Assembly (NCBI GenBank): GCA_965208675.1
Contig: OZ242351.1
Coordinates: 1,472,001 to 1,536,000, forward strand
Direction of reading: 5' to 3'
Length of the DNA stretch: 64,000 bases
Origin: Candidatus Poribacteria bacterium
GTDB lineage: Bacteria; Poribacteria; WGA-4E; PCPOR2b
The number at the start of each line of letters is the position of its first letter. Position 1 is the stretch's first letter. The translations under genes were made by a program, and so were the position numbers. Under the pieces are notes generated by a model. That model worked only from the letters and a program-made list of their open reading frames with translations. It did no database searches and was not told the origin of the DNA. Positions 61,877 to 64,000 of the stretch are shown here, one piece after another.

Positions 61877-63718
61877 ATGCCACGACCGATTACAGTTGAT
61901 GAAGTTGCATCATTTCCGTATGCGGGAATTGAGATTCCTGCACTCTCGCCCGACTGCGATCTCTCTGCGGATGGCTTACGAGTTGCGTACACGCATCGGA
62001 ATCGTATTCAAATCAACGATTTGGAAACATCAAAAACGTACGAACCATTCAAAGGAAGATTCCCAAAATGGTCGCCCGTCCAACCCAACATGCTTGCATT
62101 CCTGAAGCCAGAGAGTCCAGGCGTGTGGCTCAGATACCCCGACGGTACCGAGGGGCAGTTGGCAGGGAACGCGCAGGAAGTCAGTTTCTTGCAATGGTCA
62201 TTTGACGGTAAGTTTATCGCCCTCATTGCGAATCGAGATTTAGAAATACAAGATGAAGACACCGATGACGATATTGTTATCGTCCTGCCACCCCCGCTCG
62301 CCGCTGTGAGTTCAATTGTAATACTTCATTTAGAGACGGGCGAAGCCACCCTTCTTGTGGATTCAAGTCCGGGAGAATCCTACGAAGCGGTAGCTTGGCA
62401 TCCTGATGGCAATTGGGTAACTGTTCACTCAATGATAGAAAGTCGAAACCGATGCGATTCCGACTATTGCCTTTTTGATATAGATCGAAGAACTGGCAAT
62501 AGAAATGACCGTATTGGTCCCGGCAAGAATGAGATGATTTCACCCTCATGGTCTCCGTGCGGAAATTATTTGGCATTAGGCTACTCCCCATATAGCTACA
62601 TTCATCCTGTACGTAATATGTGCGCCATTATGGAGAGAGATTCAAAGCAGGTGCGAATATTGGACGATGAATACTTCGTAAATTTCGTCTGCTGGGGACA
62701 TGACAGTCGGAAAATATACTGCAGCGGATTAAAGGGAATCAGCCGACATGTCTTCTCTGTTGATATACAAACTGGACGAAAAGAGGTTATCGTAGATCAA
62801 ACCGGATGGACCTATCTTGCAGGGATAAGCCGCGACGGGCGGAAACTCTTGACAGTTTTATGGGGATTATTGACGCTTCCGGATGCTCACCTCATCTCAC
62901 TTGATACTGGAGAGGAAAGGGCTGTCACACAATTCAGCGACCAACTCACCGATTACGAGCTGGCTGACGCTTCCGTTGTCGAGTGGGAATCCTACGACGG
63001 TTTGGTTATTCAAGGCTGCGTTGTTCCGCCGGTGGGCAAGTCGATGAGCCCTGAGAATCCTACCATCGTCGATTTGCACGGCGGACCGACTGGGGACGGC
63101 ACGGCAGTCTTCTACCGTTATTGGCATTGGTTGGCAGCCAATGGGTTTCAGGTATTCGCACCCGACTTTCGCGGGAGTCAACAGTATCAGTGGTGCGAAC
63201 CGCCAACCGATGAAATGGACTATAGAGATGCCATGTGCGGCATCAACTGGTTGGCGTCCCAACAGATGTGCGACAAGGCGCGAATGGGAGTGCACGGTTT
63301 TAGTTATGGCGCGGATCTTGGGGCTTACGCCATTGGGAAATCGACGCTCTTTCGGGCTGCTGTGCTGCATGGCGGGTGTTGCGACTACCGTCTCGCTTGC
63401 GGATTGGGTCTCCAAACACGGTGGGGCTCAATTTGTGCGGAAGAAATGGGGGGTGCACCGTGGGAGGTTCCACACGTCTACCAGGAACTATCTCCCATCA
63501 GTTACGTTGCGGATGTGGAAACACCCGTTCTAATTCTTCACGGAGAGAATGATACCCCGCACCAAGCCGAACCGTATACGGCATACCTAAGGGCGCTCGG
63601 AAAGGAGGTTTCCTATGTGCTGTACAAGGGTGAAGGGCACGGTCTCAACAAAGCATCGAATAAAAAAGATTGTTGGGAGCGGTCATTGCGGTGGTTCCGC
63701 AAGTATCTCAACCCCTGA
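61877..63718 (+). CDS. S9 (prolyl oligopeptidase / acylaminoacyl peptidase family) serine peptidase
   Basis: PxWSP propeller repeats, HGGP, GFSYG, HGEND, EGHG triad. RBS aaggag. Confidence 0.93.
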   Translation: MPRPITVDEVASFPYAGIEIPALSPDCDLSADGLRVAYTHRNRIQINDLETSKTYEPFKGRFPKWSPVQPNMLAFLKPESPGVWLRYPDGTEGQLAGNAQEVSFLQWSFDGKFIALIANRDLEIQDEDTDDDIVIVLPPPLAAVSSIVILHLETGEATLLVDSSPGESYEAVAWHPDGNWVTVHSMIESRNRCDSDYCLFDIDRRTGNRNDRIGPGKNEMISPSWSPCGNYLALGYSPYSYIHPVRNMCAIMERDSKQVRILDDEYFVNFVCWGHDSRKIYCSGLKGISRHVFSVDIQTGRKEVIVDQTGWTYLAGISRDGRKLLTVLWGLLTLPDAHLISLDTGEERAVTQFSDQLTDYELADASVVEWESYDGLVIQGCVVPPVGKSMSPENPTIVDLHGGPTGDGTAVFYRYWHWLAANGFQVFAPDFRGSQQYQWCEPPTDEMDYRDAMCGINWLASQQMCDKARMGVHGFSYGADLGAYAIGKSTLFRAAVLHGGCCDYRLACGLGLQTRWGSICAEEMGGAPWEVPHVYQELSPISYVADVETPVLILHGENDTPHQAEPYTAYLRALGKEVSYVLYKGEGHGLNKASNKKDCWERSLRWFRKYLNP

Positions 63719-63936
63719 ATCCAGCCAATCCGAAGTCGGTATTCCCCAATCCCCTATTCTCCAACGCTCGCTAATCCACGTTGGTATTTGGATTAAAGAG
63801 CGGGCTGAACTTACCTTCTACGGCAGGGAGGACGCTGACTTCCCTCGTGGCTGTTATTCAAGCATCAGCCAGAATTTTTCGGATAAGCTGATGGTGGTCG
63901 GCTCCGCTCTTAGTCAGGGTGGCGGGGCGCGTTATT

Positions 63937-64000
63937 TCACTCCTGTTTACGCCGAACATCCTCGACAATTTGCTGAATCGCCTCAATTACGGCTTCAGGC
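63937..64000 (-). CDS. 3' end of a gene entering from the right edge, possibly an alpha/beta hydrolase
   Basis: Minus-strand frame reads PEAVIEAIQQIVEDVRRKQE*. Confidence 0.4.
   Translation of the reverse strand, partial: PEAVIEAIQQIVEDVRRKQE

Noticed and set aside
63800-63900. Hairpin-rich intergenic region as a possible ncRNA
   Set aside because: No recognisable family motif. It lies between convergent genes, so terminator structures explain it.

Overview
Bacterial chromosomal window with no rRNA or tRNA genes recognised. The gene repertoire (ECF sigma/BNR-propeller fusion, many PQQ/NHL/TPR propeller proteins, a PorV-like barrel next to a FlgD-Ig cargo) resembles Candidatus Poribacteria or related PVC/FCB lineages; this taxonomy is inference only. 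Main blocks: (1) 1-13 kb, a surface-protein and signalling locus with a large propeller/Ig-repeat protein, a PorV-like barrel fused to a transglutaminase, an apparently inactive paralogue, a CHASE2 kinase, an NtrC-type activator and a sigma54 promoter upstream of an alternative sigma70. (2) 17.9-30 kb, a defence island bracketed by a ~270-bp direct repeat. It holds a type I R-M system whose HsdS is fused to an MNT antitoxin-like domain next to a HEPN gene, and a nested C5-methyltransferase / GHKL-histidine kinase / response-regulator module. (3) 30-45 kb, metabolic and envelope genes including a hybrid succinate dehydrogenase cluster. (4) 45-58 kb, envelope proteins, hflX, argD and a REP-like element. 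(5) 58-64 kb, a tandemly duplicated S9 peptidase whose two copies enclose four degenerate 37-nt CRISPR-like repeats; an entire GC-rich EEP nuclease/phosphatase gene lies between repeats 2 and 3, and no cas genes are in the window. Three genes appear broken (two in-frame TAG codons, one frameshift). All calls come from reading motifs by eye; no searches were run.
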